From the human T2T-CHM13v2.0 reference genome, Homo sapiens, in the NCBI RefSeq assembly GCF_009914755.1, contig NC_060933.1: a stretch of 64,000 bases of DNA, one strand, 5' to 3'. Under the pieces are notes generated by a model. That model saw only the letters and a program-made list of their open reading frames with translations, was not told where the DNA came from and made no database searches. The stretch's first letter is position 1. Each line of letters begins with the position of its first letter. The position numbers and the translations under genes were made by a program. Of this stretch, positions 29,326-46,084 are shown piece after piece.

Positions 29326-32300
29326 CTACCTTGCCACAGTGCTTTCCTTGCAGTTTCTGCAAAATGGCCGAGTGAGACTCCCCCACAGCCTCCTCCCGCT
29401 GTCATCCCTCCAGCGAGACAAAAGGCAATTTACCGAAATGTTATAATCACCTGGAGGCTGGCACGCGGGGACATCCATGCTTTATCTGCGGTGTTGTTAG
29501 CAGCACCGTAATGAAGGCTTTGTGGAGGGATAATACGCTGTAACTGCCAAATCAAATGCCCGCACCAATCACACATCCCTGCCAGCAGACGCGCATTTGC
29601 TGTAAGCAAAAGGGGTAGGAAAGAAAGTTATGAGTATTGAACGCCTCCATGGTGCCAGGGACTTACCACATCCCAGTTCTTTGAGGAATAGACCATTATT
29701 CGTATTTGGCAGATGCAGAAACTGAGGCTCTGGGAGTAAGTTATTTACTGACAATCAAGCAGCTAGTAAAGGGAGGAACCAGGGTATGAACCCAGGTCCC
29801 TCTGACACCAGAGGCCATGCTCTGAACTGATGAAATATGCTGTGGCCTTTTCTGAACCATGAACCTGTCTGAGAATCTAGGCCCAGCTACGGACCTCTCC
29901 CCAGAGAAATACACTTGAATTCACAAACAGAATTTTGCCTACAGAGGGCGGGATTGGCCACTTGGAAGCCATCCATACAGCCCTGTCAGGACCTTTGCTC
30001 TAGGAATAACAGCCTACCCAGCTTGCCGCCTCTCCCTGGACTGCAGGAATTGCCCATTGCCATCCTCTCTCCCCACCCCAGTTCCAAAGGCCCTGGAAAT
30101 TCCCCTTCCAGCCATGGTGCCCATCAGATTCTGGTAACAATTCCTCCCCTGCCGCCCCCCGACTCCCCCATGGCAGCCTCCTGGAGGCATTCGAAGGACA
30201 CAGCTTCCCCTTCAGTAGCTGGAGTCAACCTGGGCCAGCACTGTAATGGTTTGTTTTGTCTCCTTTAATAGAAGTGAGTGGAAAGCCAGACCCTATGAGG
30301 CCGGAGCCTACTCTCTTTCTCAGCCCAAGCTCTGGAACTCAGCACTGTTGACTGAAACCCCTCAGGTCCAGGAGAGGCGGACAGGGTCACAGGCAGGTAT
30401 TTAGAGCCAGCCAGATCTGCAAGCAGATCCCAACTCTGCCACTCACCAGCTGTGTGACCTTGAGCTAGGCCCTTAACTTCTCTGAGCTTCAGTTTCTTCA
30501 CCTGAAAAAATGGGGACAGAAATAGACCCCCCTTCCAGGGCTGTGGCCTGAAGTGAGATGACATGCATGAGGTGAGATGACACACTCCAGCAAGAACAGC
30601 GGCTGGCCCTAAAGAAGCACCTTTCGGTGCATGTTGACAATCACAGTCGTGATCCTTTTACACCCAGGGTGAAAAGGTGAAAAGCAGGGGCCTCCTTAAC
30701 TCCACATCCCAAAGGGAGGAGCCAGTGTTACCATGGCAAACTGAAGTCTGGCCTCCTCCCATCTGCTTTTAATTCTAATTTCAAGACTAGACTAGAGGTC
30801 TGTGGTTTTCTGATCTCTCTACCCAGCCCCTGGCATTCTGTTACGGACGTGTCCCCATCATCCTCATCGTTTCTTATGCACCTAGAGCCTTAGGCCCCCT
30901 AAGCTCCCCCTAGACACAGGCCTTTGTTGAGTCCCTGCATCCACCAGGGTTTCACTTGGGGATCAGACCCAGGGCCTGGCCCCCACCAAAACCAGTGCAG
31001 GGCTAGAGGGAACATATACATAAATAGACAGTCACAGGACTGGGGTGGGTGTTCTCTGGATAGAGGCCTGGGCCCTTTAGGGAGCCTAAATGTTCAAGAG
31101 ACTGTGAAGAAACTCCCACCCCTCGAAATATAGCTTAGGAATCAAAATAACATAAACCAAAAAAAAGCACAGGAAGCAGTCCAACACAATTCTGTATTCC
31201 CTACGATGTTTAATTTTAAATATCAAATATGAGATTCTTTCCAGAAAACTGGGAGTATCCCTATTTCAGTGGTGCCAGGAGCTACATTCACAGTGTGCTA
31301 CACACACAGAGAAGAGCATCAGTGTGTCCCAAGCTATCCAGATGATGTCCTGGAAAAGGTGGAGTTTGGCTAGGCCTAAAAGGATGAGAGGTGGATTCTG
31401 CTGCATGGAAGGGAAGGAGCAATATGGGCAAAGGTCCAGAGAGATGCAGGGGTACAGGGTGCTCCAGATGGAGCAGCTGAAAAGGCTTGTGTGTTGGGGA
31501 ATGGGGAAGGTGTCAAGGAGGCCTCAGACTGGACTTTGATGATTATGGAGGAGTAGGTCTCAGTGAGGCATTCAAGGCAGAGGGACCCAGTGTGGGCTGG
31601 AGAGAGCCTTGAATAGCAGGTTAGGGAGTTTAGCTTCAGTCCTTCAGACGGTGAGGAGTAAAGACGGGAGTTGCAGAAAAGTTCCTCAGGGAAGTGGGTA
31701 GCGGTCAAGGCTGCAGCTCTGAAGACAGACTTGGCTATCACTCTGCACCCACTCACATGAGCTGGGTAAGCTCGGGAAGACACCTTCACCTCTGAGCCTC
31801 AGTAGCCTCCCCTGTAAAAGAGGTAATGACATTGTCTTTCCACGACTGCTGTGAGTATTCAATGAGTTCTGGTCTGTCACAGACTTCTGCAGATTCCTGC
31901 CTAACACCCCTGCTGACTGTTGCCACTGCTCTAGTCTTAATTCAGCCTTCAACATTTGCCAACTGGACAACAGGCTCCCGCCTGCCGGGGCCCCTTCGGT
32001 CCATCGTCCACTTGCAGCCAGGGATTAGGGGCCAAAAGAAGCAGAGGGTCAACGCAGAGGCTGTGGGGTCAGGCCAACAGAGTGACCTTGGCCATGGCAC
32101 TTGGTTCCTCTGAACTGCCTTAGGACAGCAGCTAGGCATCATGAACATGTTTAGTGAACATGGATTCAATTATAAGTGCTCAAAAAGAAAAGGGGGCACC
32201 AGGAAGCAGGAGGAACAGCAACATCAACAGTGTTGGTGATTTTGCATCCCCTCTCCATTCAGCACACATGCGTTCTGCAGTGAATGTGAGGACACTGCAT

Positions 32301-32363
32301 CAGTCCTCTCCATCCCTGTGTGCCTCCTGTCCGGGGAGCACCTTGCTACAGAGGATGATTCTA

Positions 32364-32717
<354 letters not shown>

Positions 32718-32782
32718 TCATATGCATCTGGACCTCAACAGCAAGACAAACTCTCTAACAATTGTCAGAAGACTGGCTATGT

Positions 32783-33372
<590 letters not shown>

Positions 33373-33694
33373 TATAAAAAGTTTTTAAAAATAAGAAGTC
33401 TGGCTGTGTGGCACTTAGTGAGATGTCCATCTCCAGCATGGGACCTTCCTAAGAGATTTCCAAGGGTCATTATGACTATGGGAACTTTTCCCCTCACCCA
33501 TCAACTGAAGCACCTACGGCTCCCACCTGAGACAACACCAGCTGTCCATACACAGAGATGTTAATGAGGATTGCATGATGGCAGGCATGCAAAGTGCCAG
33601 GCATGGCCCCTTGCACACGGAAGTGCTTCCTAATATGAGGCAGCTATATTCCTTGCCCTGACTTAGCCCCATCCCAGGGATAGTCCTAAATCCA

Positions 33695-34095
33695 GCCTTA
33701 GGCCTAACTTTGGAGACCCCACCTCAATTATTTCCACATATTAAAACAAAGTGTATCCACATGAAATATAAATCCCACATTAAATATAAAAATTTTGCTG
33801 TTGCTTGGTAAACTGCTTTACTACGAGTCTAACAATTGGCCATGATTTCCTGAGAGTCATGCATACTGGAGAATTCTCGAAAAATGAGGAAATTGAGCCT
33901 ACAATTGGATTTCAAGTGTAATAAAATTGTTTTGATTTCTAAATTTAATAATTAAGTCTGAATGCATTAATTATAACATTTATTAATTTCAGTTTTGTAG
34001 TTTCTCTTTTTTTCTGTTTAGAGCCAATCATCTTTTTCTAAGCCTTTTACATTTGAATAGGCCTTGAGAAGCTTGTGGGTGCTTGGCCCAGCCCT
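33695..34095 (+). mobile_element. Ancient hAT (Tip100-like) DNA transposon fragment
   Basis: AT-rich block with a decayed LAMIS*E motif (~33836-33856), resembling the hAT C-terminal dimerisation region. Confidence 0.4.
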
Positions 34096-36771
34096 CCACC
34101 CAGCCCAGAAGATGCTCTTCTATGGGGAAAAGCCGGAGCAGGCCCAAGGCCTTCCACCTCCCCGCCCTGTGGCAGGCTTTGCCTAGGCAATGACTCCTCA
34201 GTCAATATTGACAATGCTGTGGCCTTGGCCTCTGGCCACCACTGCCAGCAAAGTTCAAAGCCTCTTTCTTGTCAGGAGTGGTGATGGGGATGCCTGGGCA
34301 TTGCTGCCCTCACTGTGGCACTGCCATGGCCCTGCCCCACCAGCTCACGTAGGCTGCATTTGCACAGAGGGTGTGGCAGGGCGGTGAATGGGACCCATAG
34401 GTGCCCACAAGCTGGGGAGCCTGCTTTGCAGTGCACCCCCCATCCCAGCCTGGAGTCCTCTGAGGATGGGCCTAGACCCCCCCAAAAGACGACAGCCCCT
34501 ATGACAGAAGCGTCCTTCCTCCAGGTCCTGGTCCAGCCCTGTGCTCACTGCCACCCTGGCATTCGGCATAAGCCCTGGGCTGTCTCTGTGGGTTGGAAGT
34601 GCCTCTGCTCTCTGCACGTGATGACACACACTGAGACTTTAGGGACTCACATCCTGCCACACTCAGCCAGTCACATGAGCCACACACCATGTGCACGCCT
34701 CCCCTCAGCTGCAGCCACTCCCACACTCACGCACACATCTCTTCACGCTTATGCTGGTGTGAGAGCAGTTGGATGGGAATACACACACACCTGTGTCTGT
34801 GCACACACTCGCAGCTTCACTGAGCGTAACTCTGGTGCCAGACACACTGAGCCCTTCCCTCTGCCCTGATGGAAGGAATTGGGGCAAATCATTTCTCCCA
34901 TCAGTTTCCTCATCTTAAGTGGAGACAGCCCCATCTCACTCACTGAGGAGAGGACGAGTGTAGCCCCCACATACACGCGGAGCTGGGCACCTCCTAAGTG
35001 CCCGGCCATTGTGAGCTCTGCCACTCTCCCAAGGCAGACGCTTTGTTTCATCTTGGTCTCTTCCCTTCCCTACTCCCCATACCAGCCCCCTCACTCACAC
35101 AGGATGGAAGCTGCATAGCAGCGGTGACCGCAGGTGTGCGCAGCCCAAAGGCGTGCGAAGAGCAGGCAGAGCCCAGCCTGTGGGTGTGCAGTGACCCCAA
35201 TCCGCCTGCTTGCCTTCCCTGGGCTCGCCTGCCCTGGCTTGCCCTGCTGGCTTTGAACAAAAATTATTAGCTGAGCTGTGGCCCTTGATCCTAGGGCACT
35301 GATCCTCGTGTGAAGACCTCCTCCTCCCGCGGGCTCCCCCTCCATCCTGGCAGGGAACCAGAAGTCCTGGGAGTGTCCTGAGCGAGTCCCTTAAGGACGC
35401 TCCCTTACAGGCATCCATTTTGGGAATGAAAGACCTATCACAATGGTGATTGTAGCTTCCATTCCTGGGTGCCCACCAAGGGCCGTTCATCCTGGTCAGT
35501 CCTCACTCTGCCCTCTGCAGAAAGTCTGGTGAAACCTGCTACAAAGACGAGGAGGGTGGCTCAGAGATGGGAGTGACGTGTCCAAAATCACCCAGCGAGT
35601 CGGTGGCTCAGCATCGGATCCAGGCTTGTTCGGCTCCAGAACTCCTTCTAGTCTTTGCTGTGTTGCCACATGAGCCCTGAAGTCCTACCCTCACAAGTTA
35701 ACTTCTGGCGTTTCTTTTGGTTTTTGGCATTTCCTGTGCCCCAAGTGCTGTGCTAACCTTTTTTAGGAATGATCTCACTTGGTCCTCATGCAAGCCTTCA
35801 AGACAGGCATCTTTGTAGATGAGGAAATGAGACCTAGGGAGGTGTGAGGCCACTCGCTCAAGGTCTGTGGGCTAGTGACAGAGTTCCAGTGCCCAAGCTC
35901 TTAACCATCATGCCACACTGCCCCCTCCCTGCGAATCCTCTGAAGAGCTGATATTTCCTTGCAGCTGTTCTGAGACTTTCAGGATCTCTTTTTCCCCCAG
36001 CTGTGCACTGACCTGCAGGCTGCACTAATGTCACCTGGTGACCTGGGCACAGCTCAGCAGACCCGGCACAGCTGTGCCCTGTACAGGTCAGCTCCTCCCT
36101 GCCTTCACTGAGAGGCAAGTCCCAGGCCAGCCAGGCTTTGAGCTTCCTGAGTGGGGTTAGTGCCCAGGTATGACCCCACACAACCCAGCCTCTCCATGTG
36201 GTAGGGCTGCCCAGTCTATTGCCCCAAATCACAAAAGGAACCAGCAGCTGGCGGTCTTGGACTTGCCCTTGGCGTGCCTGCCTTGCCCTCTCACAAGCTC
36301 CGTTTGCCCAGGGTGGGGAAGAAATTCCTCCCCCTTTGTCAAAACCCCACAGGGTAAACCTGTTGCTTTTATGTCCCCAAATTTACATTTCTTTATTCAT
36401 TATTCACCAGGTACTTATGAAATACTTTAAGTGCTAGATCTGTGCTGGGCCCTGACCATCAAAAGTAAATGGTACAGGGGCTGGAGGGGGTGACTACAAC
36501 GAACACTGTGACTTCGGCTCAGGGAAGGCTAACATCCGGGCAGGGTCTGTGGGGGTAGGGGACAGCCAAGAGAGTATGAAGCCCAGCCCACACATTCATG
36601 GGGCCTTTAAGTATGGATTGTGACCCTGTTCATCAGACAACTCAAAATTCACACCCCCTTTCCTGACCATAGTGCCTCAGCACACTATGAACTTATACAT
36701 TTTTGGAAGAAATCCTAGAATAATACACTCATATTACATTTGGTTGTTTGTGTTAAAAGCAGCAATTTGTC

Positions 36772-37092
<321 letters not shown>

Positions 37093-38205
37093 CTATACTG
37101 TAATTGTTATCACCTTGCTTAGGCCTGTTTTCAATTTTATATACACTAATACTACAAAATGGAAAGTACCTTGGGTCTCTGTTGTGTTCTGAGAGGCCCT
37201 GAACCCAAACCAGGTCCTGAAGGAGGAAGGGTGGTCCCTTGGGAATAGCAAGTGCAAAGGCACAGAGGCACTGGCGAGCATGCACGTGGACTACTGCAGT
37301 TCCTCCGGTGGCTGCATTTTACAGTGCGAGGGGAGCTGGGAGGGAAGCGGGGAGGGAAGCAGGCCTGGGAAGCAGGGGAACCTGGCGACCTTGAAGGCCA
37401 GGCTGAGGAGTGGAGAGCCTTCTCAGGGAAGTTTTTCACTGGGGTAGCCCATGGTCAGATTTGGGGTGTCTCTTGCAATATGTTTCTTTTCTTCTCTATA
37501 AAAAGCCCAGTTATCCCAATGACCTATGAGGGCAGGGCATGCAGGTGGCAGCGAGGTCACTTCCAAAGCTTCAGAACCGGAATAAAGACATCTTTCGGCC
37601 CCAAAGATAGACCTAAACCTGAAGTGCACCTGGGTCCTGGCAGCGCTCACTGCTGGTCTCAGTCCCACCTGTCCCTAACACTGGCCACATGGCTGGCCAC
37701 AGGATTGGGCTTGCCAATTCATTCATTAATTCAAAAGCTATCAACTGAGAACCTACTATGTGCCAGACACTCCCCTAAGCACTGGGATATCATAGTGAAC
37801 AAGCAGGCAGGGCTCCTGGTCTCACTGGAGCTTACAGTCTGGATAGGGAGACAGACAACATGCACGTAAACAAATACATATGCAGGGAGTGGCTTATGCT
37901 ATGGAGAAAATAAAATGAAGACAAGATGGGGTGACTGTGAGTGGAGGCGGTTAGATTAGGGTCATTGAGAAGGTGACATTTGAGTTGAGACCTGGATGCC
38001 GAGAAGGGGGTGCATAGGGAATATTTGTTGATGGCAATTGACACAAGTCAGAATGAAAAAGGCTTATTCCAGACTTCATCTGGGAGAGTATTTATTAAGC
38101 ACCTACTGTATGCTGGGTCTAGTGGTCAACAAATCAAACATGGTCCCTGCATTGAGAGCTTACAGTCTAATGGGAGAGAAAAACATTATATAAAAAAATA
38201 TGCAA

Positions 38206-39335
<1,130 letters not shown>

Positions 39336-39429
39336 TTTTATGCATTTTTACCAGTATCTTTATGCAAGGTCTTTTTGCTTTTCAGGAGTTCAAGAACCCT
39401 GTTGGTATTTCTAGGAACCTAGAAATTTT

Positions 39430-40117
<688 letters not shown>

Positions 40118-43100
40118 AAAAGCCAATAATTATTTTAATTATTTTTCTATTGTCAATACCCATTAGTGAAAGAAGATTTGGGAAATAAAAGCGGAAAGAG
40201 AAACTCTCTCATCCCACTGTGCAGGGCTATTATTCACATTTCAATTTATCTTTAATTTTTCTTCTGTGCACAGTTATGACATAGGATATACTATGTGTAC
40301 TTTTATTTCTTGTCTCTTCTTGCCTTTTTTCTTTTGCTTATTATCACATCAAAAACATTTCCCCCATGTTGCTATACAAACTTCCTAACAATTATTTTCA
40401 GTAGCTGCTAAATATCCCCTCAAGTGTCTTATAGTATCCACCTCCCCGAATCTAGCACAATGCCTGGCACATAATTATTTGTTAAATGAATGCATATACA
40501 ACAAAATAATCATTCCCTCATTTTTAGAAATGTACATTTTCCTTTTTCCTGATTCTAAATAGTTCCGAGACAAATAGATTATCCCTTTAAGAATAGTGTC
40601 CCAGAGTGGAATTACCGGGCCAACAGGGACCAAAAATTTTTAAGATAAATGCACCAAACCAGAAATCTTCCTTCTCTCTGCACCACTGGCAGTTGTGCCA
40701 AGGGTAATAATTTACAATTGATTAAAGAGTTTGTGGGGTGTTTTTCCCCCATCTTTTTTCTCCCTCCTTTCCCTCTCCCCCTCCTACCAAAAAAGGGGAG
40801 AAATTATCTGAGAAGGTGAAGATATTCTCAGACAATCATATTAACATATTCCAACAATCGCAATTTGCAAAATAGTAATCACAACTCCCAGGATCTGGGA
40901 GGCATTAATCAAAGCTGCAGGTTTAATTCCATTTTAAATATTGATGAAATGTGCTTCGGCAACCTCACCCTGGCGTGGCAGGGCCAGGGGAGCCGCAGAG
41001 AGGCGCAGGGGAGGCGGAGGGAGGGGTTGGTGAGCAGCTGCTGGGAGGGGAGGCATCTGTGATTCAAATTGGTGGCTGTACAGCCAGGTAGAGAGTGAAA
41101 GGGGTAGTGAAGAGGGCTGTTAAGTCCATTGCTGTCAATTTTTAACGATCAGGGAGGGGCCTGAGGACTGGTTCAGCACAATACACCCAGTTTGTCTGGT
41201 TTCAGGGGTTACTGCTGAAGAGGTTGCAGCTGCACTGATTCGAATAGCCTGGAGACTTCAGAACTGTAATTATCAACCAGGCTGCTCACAGTGTGGCAAA
41301 AGTGGGCTCCACCAGCGCTTAACTCCTTGTGTGCTGACACATCATCGCTGCTTTCCCCACCCCTGGATTTCCCAGCCGCAGCAGGGACTCCCAGGCAGCC
41401 TCCCCAGAGGAAACTGAGGCTCACTGGCTGCTTGCCAGAGTGTGCCAGGCAGCAAGCCGTTTTCCTTAGGTCTCATGTAAAGAAATGGTGGGCAGGTGGT
41501 TAGTGATGTGGAGGCAGCCTCAGCTCCTGGCGTGCTCACATCTGCCCTGGGGTGAGAGGTCAGGCTGCAGAGCCTGGTGAACCTTGGTTGGAATCCACTG
41601 GCGATGGACTTAGGACAAGGCTCTCCCCTACCTGACTGGGCTGTTACAAAGATCCAATGAGACACAGTGTCTGCAAAGCACCAAGCACACATAGGCTGTC
41701 TGTGAGCCTCCATCTCTCTGCCCCTGGGTCTGGTGCCTTTCACACAAAAGGAAGGCATCCCTGGCAGGGGATCTGATTCAGGCAAGCTTTCCGCCAGCCC
41801 TCTGTATTTCAGCTCTCAGGGAGTGCCCTTGTTCCCAAGCATCTGCCATTTGTCACCCAAGGAGGGTGGACACACCCATCCTCCCATCTCTTAGGCAGGA
41901 GGCACTGGGCTAGACACAGGGTAAGGAGAGGAGGCAAGAACTCCTCCAGTACTCTGGCCCTCAGGAGAACTGGTTAAAGGCAGGTAGTGGCACCAAGGGA
42001 AGGGAGGAGTGGCAGGAAGGTGGAGAGGCAGGAAGGCAGGGAGAAGGCAGCGTGGTGTGAAAAAAGCATGGGCAGCTGGAAGGACGGTGCAGGAAGGATG
42101 AGCAGGACTCGTTGACCCTCCTCCTGGAAGGAACGTAACCCCAGAGACATTCTCCACGTATCTGTGAAGGAGTGTGGCCAAGAACGCTTGTCCCAGCATT
42201 GTTCCTGGTAGTGGGAGTTGCAGGCAACCTCCGCGTCCACCACCGGCATGGAGAGGAAAATGTGACGGAAGCCAAGCATGGAATATTAGGCAACAGTAAG
42301 AAGCAAAGAGCTGGATGTACACACAGCAACAAGAATAGATCTTGAGTGAAAGCTGTGAGACATAATGAAAGCCACAGCACAATGCCATTTCTGTAAATTA
42401 AAAACACATTTGTACACAAAACAACAGCACATATTTTACAGAGCAACATGCATTTTGAGGGGTCTCTATCCCACCATTGGTGTAGGTCCCTGCAGTGGTG
42501 GAGGAGGGGCCCAGTATGGGTTTGGAGGAGAAAGGAGGAAAAATGAAAATAAAGTAAATCCACGGAGGGGTCTTGCACAGAGAGATGATGGCAGCGTGCT
42601 GTGGACTGAATGTGATTCACTCAAGTCTCTTTATTTGAGGTTTAAAAAACAGCACAGGCTTTATAGCTGGACAATCCTAGGTTCTAGTCTGAGCTCTCCC
42701 ACATACTGACCCTGTGGCTGTGGACAAGTGCCTCGGCCTCTGTGAGCCTCTGTTTGTTCATCTGTAAAACGGTGGTGAAGGCTTGCCCATTGCGTGGTTG
42801 GTCACGAAGATTAAACTAAGGAGACACTGCGTTTAGGGCTTTCAGGCACAGCGGCGAGCTCCTGCCCCTCTCCGTTCCCCACTGAAAGGCCTGGAGTAAA
42901 CAAGAGGGTGTTAGTCCCCTGGAGAAACCATGGGTTCTTGAAAGGGTCAAGAATGGAGAGCCTAGAAAGGAAATGAAGATCTCAGGACTCTGTCTCCTAG
43001 CACCACCGGCAAGGCCTAGACCCACTGTCCTGGGGCTGTCGTGCGTGGGCTGTCAGACCAGGCAAGTGCCCGACTGTGAAGCAGCTGCTCTCTGCCTGTC

Positions 43101-43372
43101 AGGATGAGTCCAGCTTAGGGTGGCCAGACTCCTCATGCTTGCCTCCGCCAGCAGCACCCACAGTTAGAAACCCTTCTGTGTTCAATTTCCCCAAGACCAG
43201 CCACTCCGAGGAATTCAGTGTAAATGAAAGGTCTGTTCCTCCCCACACAAAACTACACAGACTGGCCATCGACGGACCATCCCAGTCCCAACGCCCCACC
43301 TGGGGAACCCCCCAGGCCAGGAAAGGTCCCAGCGAGCACCAAGCATGACCAGCTCTTCCTCTTTCCTTGCAG

Positions 43373-43419
43373 ATGATGACGAGCATGAGTGGATCACCCG
43401 TACCTGTCGAAAGGGCTAG
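43373..43419 (+). CDS. MORN5: MORN5 exon 5 coding part (DDEHEWITRTCRKG*)
   Basis: Strong acceptor ctcttcctctttccttgcAG; TAG at 43417-43419; completes a 161-aa ORF. Confidence 0.92.
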
Positions 43420-43550
43420 GATGAGATCGTGGGTCACAGGCCCGAGCCGTGAACTCTGTGGCTGCCTCCACCAGAGGTTTCCATCTGCCCTACTAGCATT
43501 GGCTGCCCTGGGGGACGGGCTGTAGTTCTAGAACCTGATTTTAACTCAGG

Positions 43551-43556
43551 AATAAA
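43551..43556 (+). terminator. MORN5 polyadenylation signal AATAAA
   Basis: 132 nt after the stop codon, followed by GT/T-rich sequence (ggtgtattttc). Confidence 0.8.
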
Positions 43557-43608
43557 GACTTTCTGCGGTCAGTGGCCCCAGGTGTATTTTCCTTAAAAGA
43601 TTGTTCCT

Positions 43609-43755
43609 CAGTGGGCATCATTTAACCTGGACAAAATTGTGAGCTATAGATATTCCCAGGCCCCACCCTAGACCTCCCAATCAGAATCTCTGGGAATGGG
43701 GCCTAGTAATTTGCATTCCCAGCATTTCTCATGCATCTGAACGTTTGAGAACCAT
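43609..43755 (+). mobile_element. MER5A-like hAT MITE, just past the MORN5 poly(A) site
   Basis: ccaggccccaccctagacct...aatcagaatctctggg...tggggcc...tttgagaacca; a similar copy at ~51250-51450. Confidence 0.7.
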
Positions 43756-43948
43756 CTCTTTATAATAATAGATAGATGTAATTGAGCACTAACCGGCGCA
43801 GGTAGTGCGTGTGCATTATCTCTGCTCCTCACAACAGCCTTGCAAGGGGAAGGCTTTTGCAGATGGGGAATCTGAGGTTCAGAGAGACAGAGTGACTTGC
43901 TTGGTCTCAGAGGGCAGTAGGACCTGATCACTGTGCCCAGTCCTGCAG

Positions 43949-44127
43949 CAGTCATGGGTTCTTAGTTTCTGTTTCTGGTTGGGCCAGTGAAGCCCCTTCC
44001 TCATCCCTCTTTTCTGCTTATCACTAGAGACAGAAACTAAAAACCATGGCTTCAGGCTGCTGAAAGCCTAAAACAAAACAGAACAGAAAAACAACAACAA
44101 CAAAATAAGGTGGGTTGGACAAGCTTG
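43949..44127 (+). mobile_element. Non-autonomous hAT-Charlie element (MER107-like)
   Basis: Ends in the Charlie/MER30-type TIR GGGTTGGACAAGCTTG; the body resembles a primate repeat; family name from memory. Confidence 0.5.
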
Positions 44128-44146
44128 TTAGGCCCAAGAATGATTA

Positions 44147-44551
<405 letters not shown>

Positions 44552-46084
44552 TCATATAAAAAATGGTTATAATAATGCTTTAAAACAATACAGTAGCCGT
44601 GTGGTTAAATGAGATAATACAAGTAGGGGACCTGGCGCATAGTAGGTATTCAATATGTGTTTGCTTTAAAGAACAACTTGTTAGTGGTGCATATAATCAT
44701 TCCTCAAAATCATCCCAGAGGTCACATTTGTCAGCTAAAAATCAGAAGAGGAAGCGACAACATGTTCCAGGGCCACATATGGGCCATATGCATCCTGGAT
44801 CTTTGTCTAACTGTTCCTCCTTAGAGGTTGCTAGATCCTGTTACCCCCTATGCTCTGTCCCCTGGCTCACCAGGGCTGCCCAGTGGAGGCAGAACAGTGA
44901 GTCAGGCTTGGAAGGCAGGAGAGGAAATTGGATCTCAAACTAGGGACCCAGAGGCGTCATGCTGGGGCAGAGCCAGGAGTCAGCGGGAAGGGAGGCCTGG
45001 GCTCACTCTCAGCTGCGCTAGGGAGCAGACTTGGGAGGATCACCTCTCCCCAAGACGCCAGTCACCTTGGTAGATAGGGTTGTGCTCCACCGGTGGTTTC
45101 CAAACTGTATTTTGAAAACAGAAGGTACATTCATGTAAAGAAACACACAACTAAACTCATATATTTTCAAAGATACACATATATCTAAACACTTGAAAAT
45201 GGATTGGAAGAGCAGATGTATGAGGAGCAGAAATGGAATCAGGGATGGGAGATTTAAAAACTAGTAGAATAGAGAGAGGGGCCCTGCAGTCAGTGACTCA
45301 TGTGCACCATGAGCTGAGGTTTCTGAGCAACTCATTTCTGTGCAGGGCCACAGCAGGCCAGGGAAGCCTCTGCATTCTGCAGGGCAGCTGTGCTCTCCAC
45401 ACCAGGAGCTTTGGCTTGAGCAAATGACTCTGCTGCTGAAAGAAATTTGACAACCACCAAAAAGATGCGCTCTCTCACTCCTCAGGTTATGAGGTGGTGG
45501 CTCTGGAGCCTGACAAAACCACTATAAGACCCAGTCTTGTGCAGAACCTGGGGCCCTGCTGCCCGTTCCATATTCCCTTAACTTCACCTTATTAAATTCT
45601 TCCCCATCTTCCAAACACGCTCCTCTGCACCTCCCTCCCTGCCCCACCCTCTTGCTTACCTATTCTGTGACCTTCTCATCTGATAGGATCCAGCTTTAAC
45701 ACCCACCCCCTTGGCTCCCACAGTATTTGCCAGACTGAGAGCTCCTCCAGGACAAGGTCTGGCTGGGAGCCTTTTCTCAGTGTGCAGAGCCAGCACAGGG
45801 CCCAGCAGAGAGTGTATGTTCAGAGACTGGAACAGAGGGCATCAAGCAGCCTGATTTCCTCCAAAGCTTAGATAAGAAGCAGGTGTGACTGAGTACTTAC
45901 AGAAGAAACCCATCGTCAGGCCTCCACAATCCATTGTTTACTAACTGGGAAATGGTACCCGTTTCCCAGGAAGGAGGATTACACTGTCCAGCAGCCCACA
46001 TATTCTGGGAGCCAGGGACCTAAGCCCTTCACCAGAGAGCAGGAAAGAAATGGAATCCCATCATGTTCTGGATTTCAGTGCCAG

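Noticed and set aside
41891-42709. Overlapping 165/219/114-aa ORFs
   Set aside because: They overlap a purine-rich tract and an old L1M fragment; no domain and no splice support.
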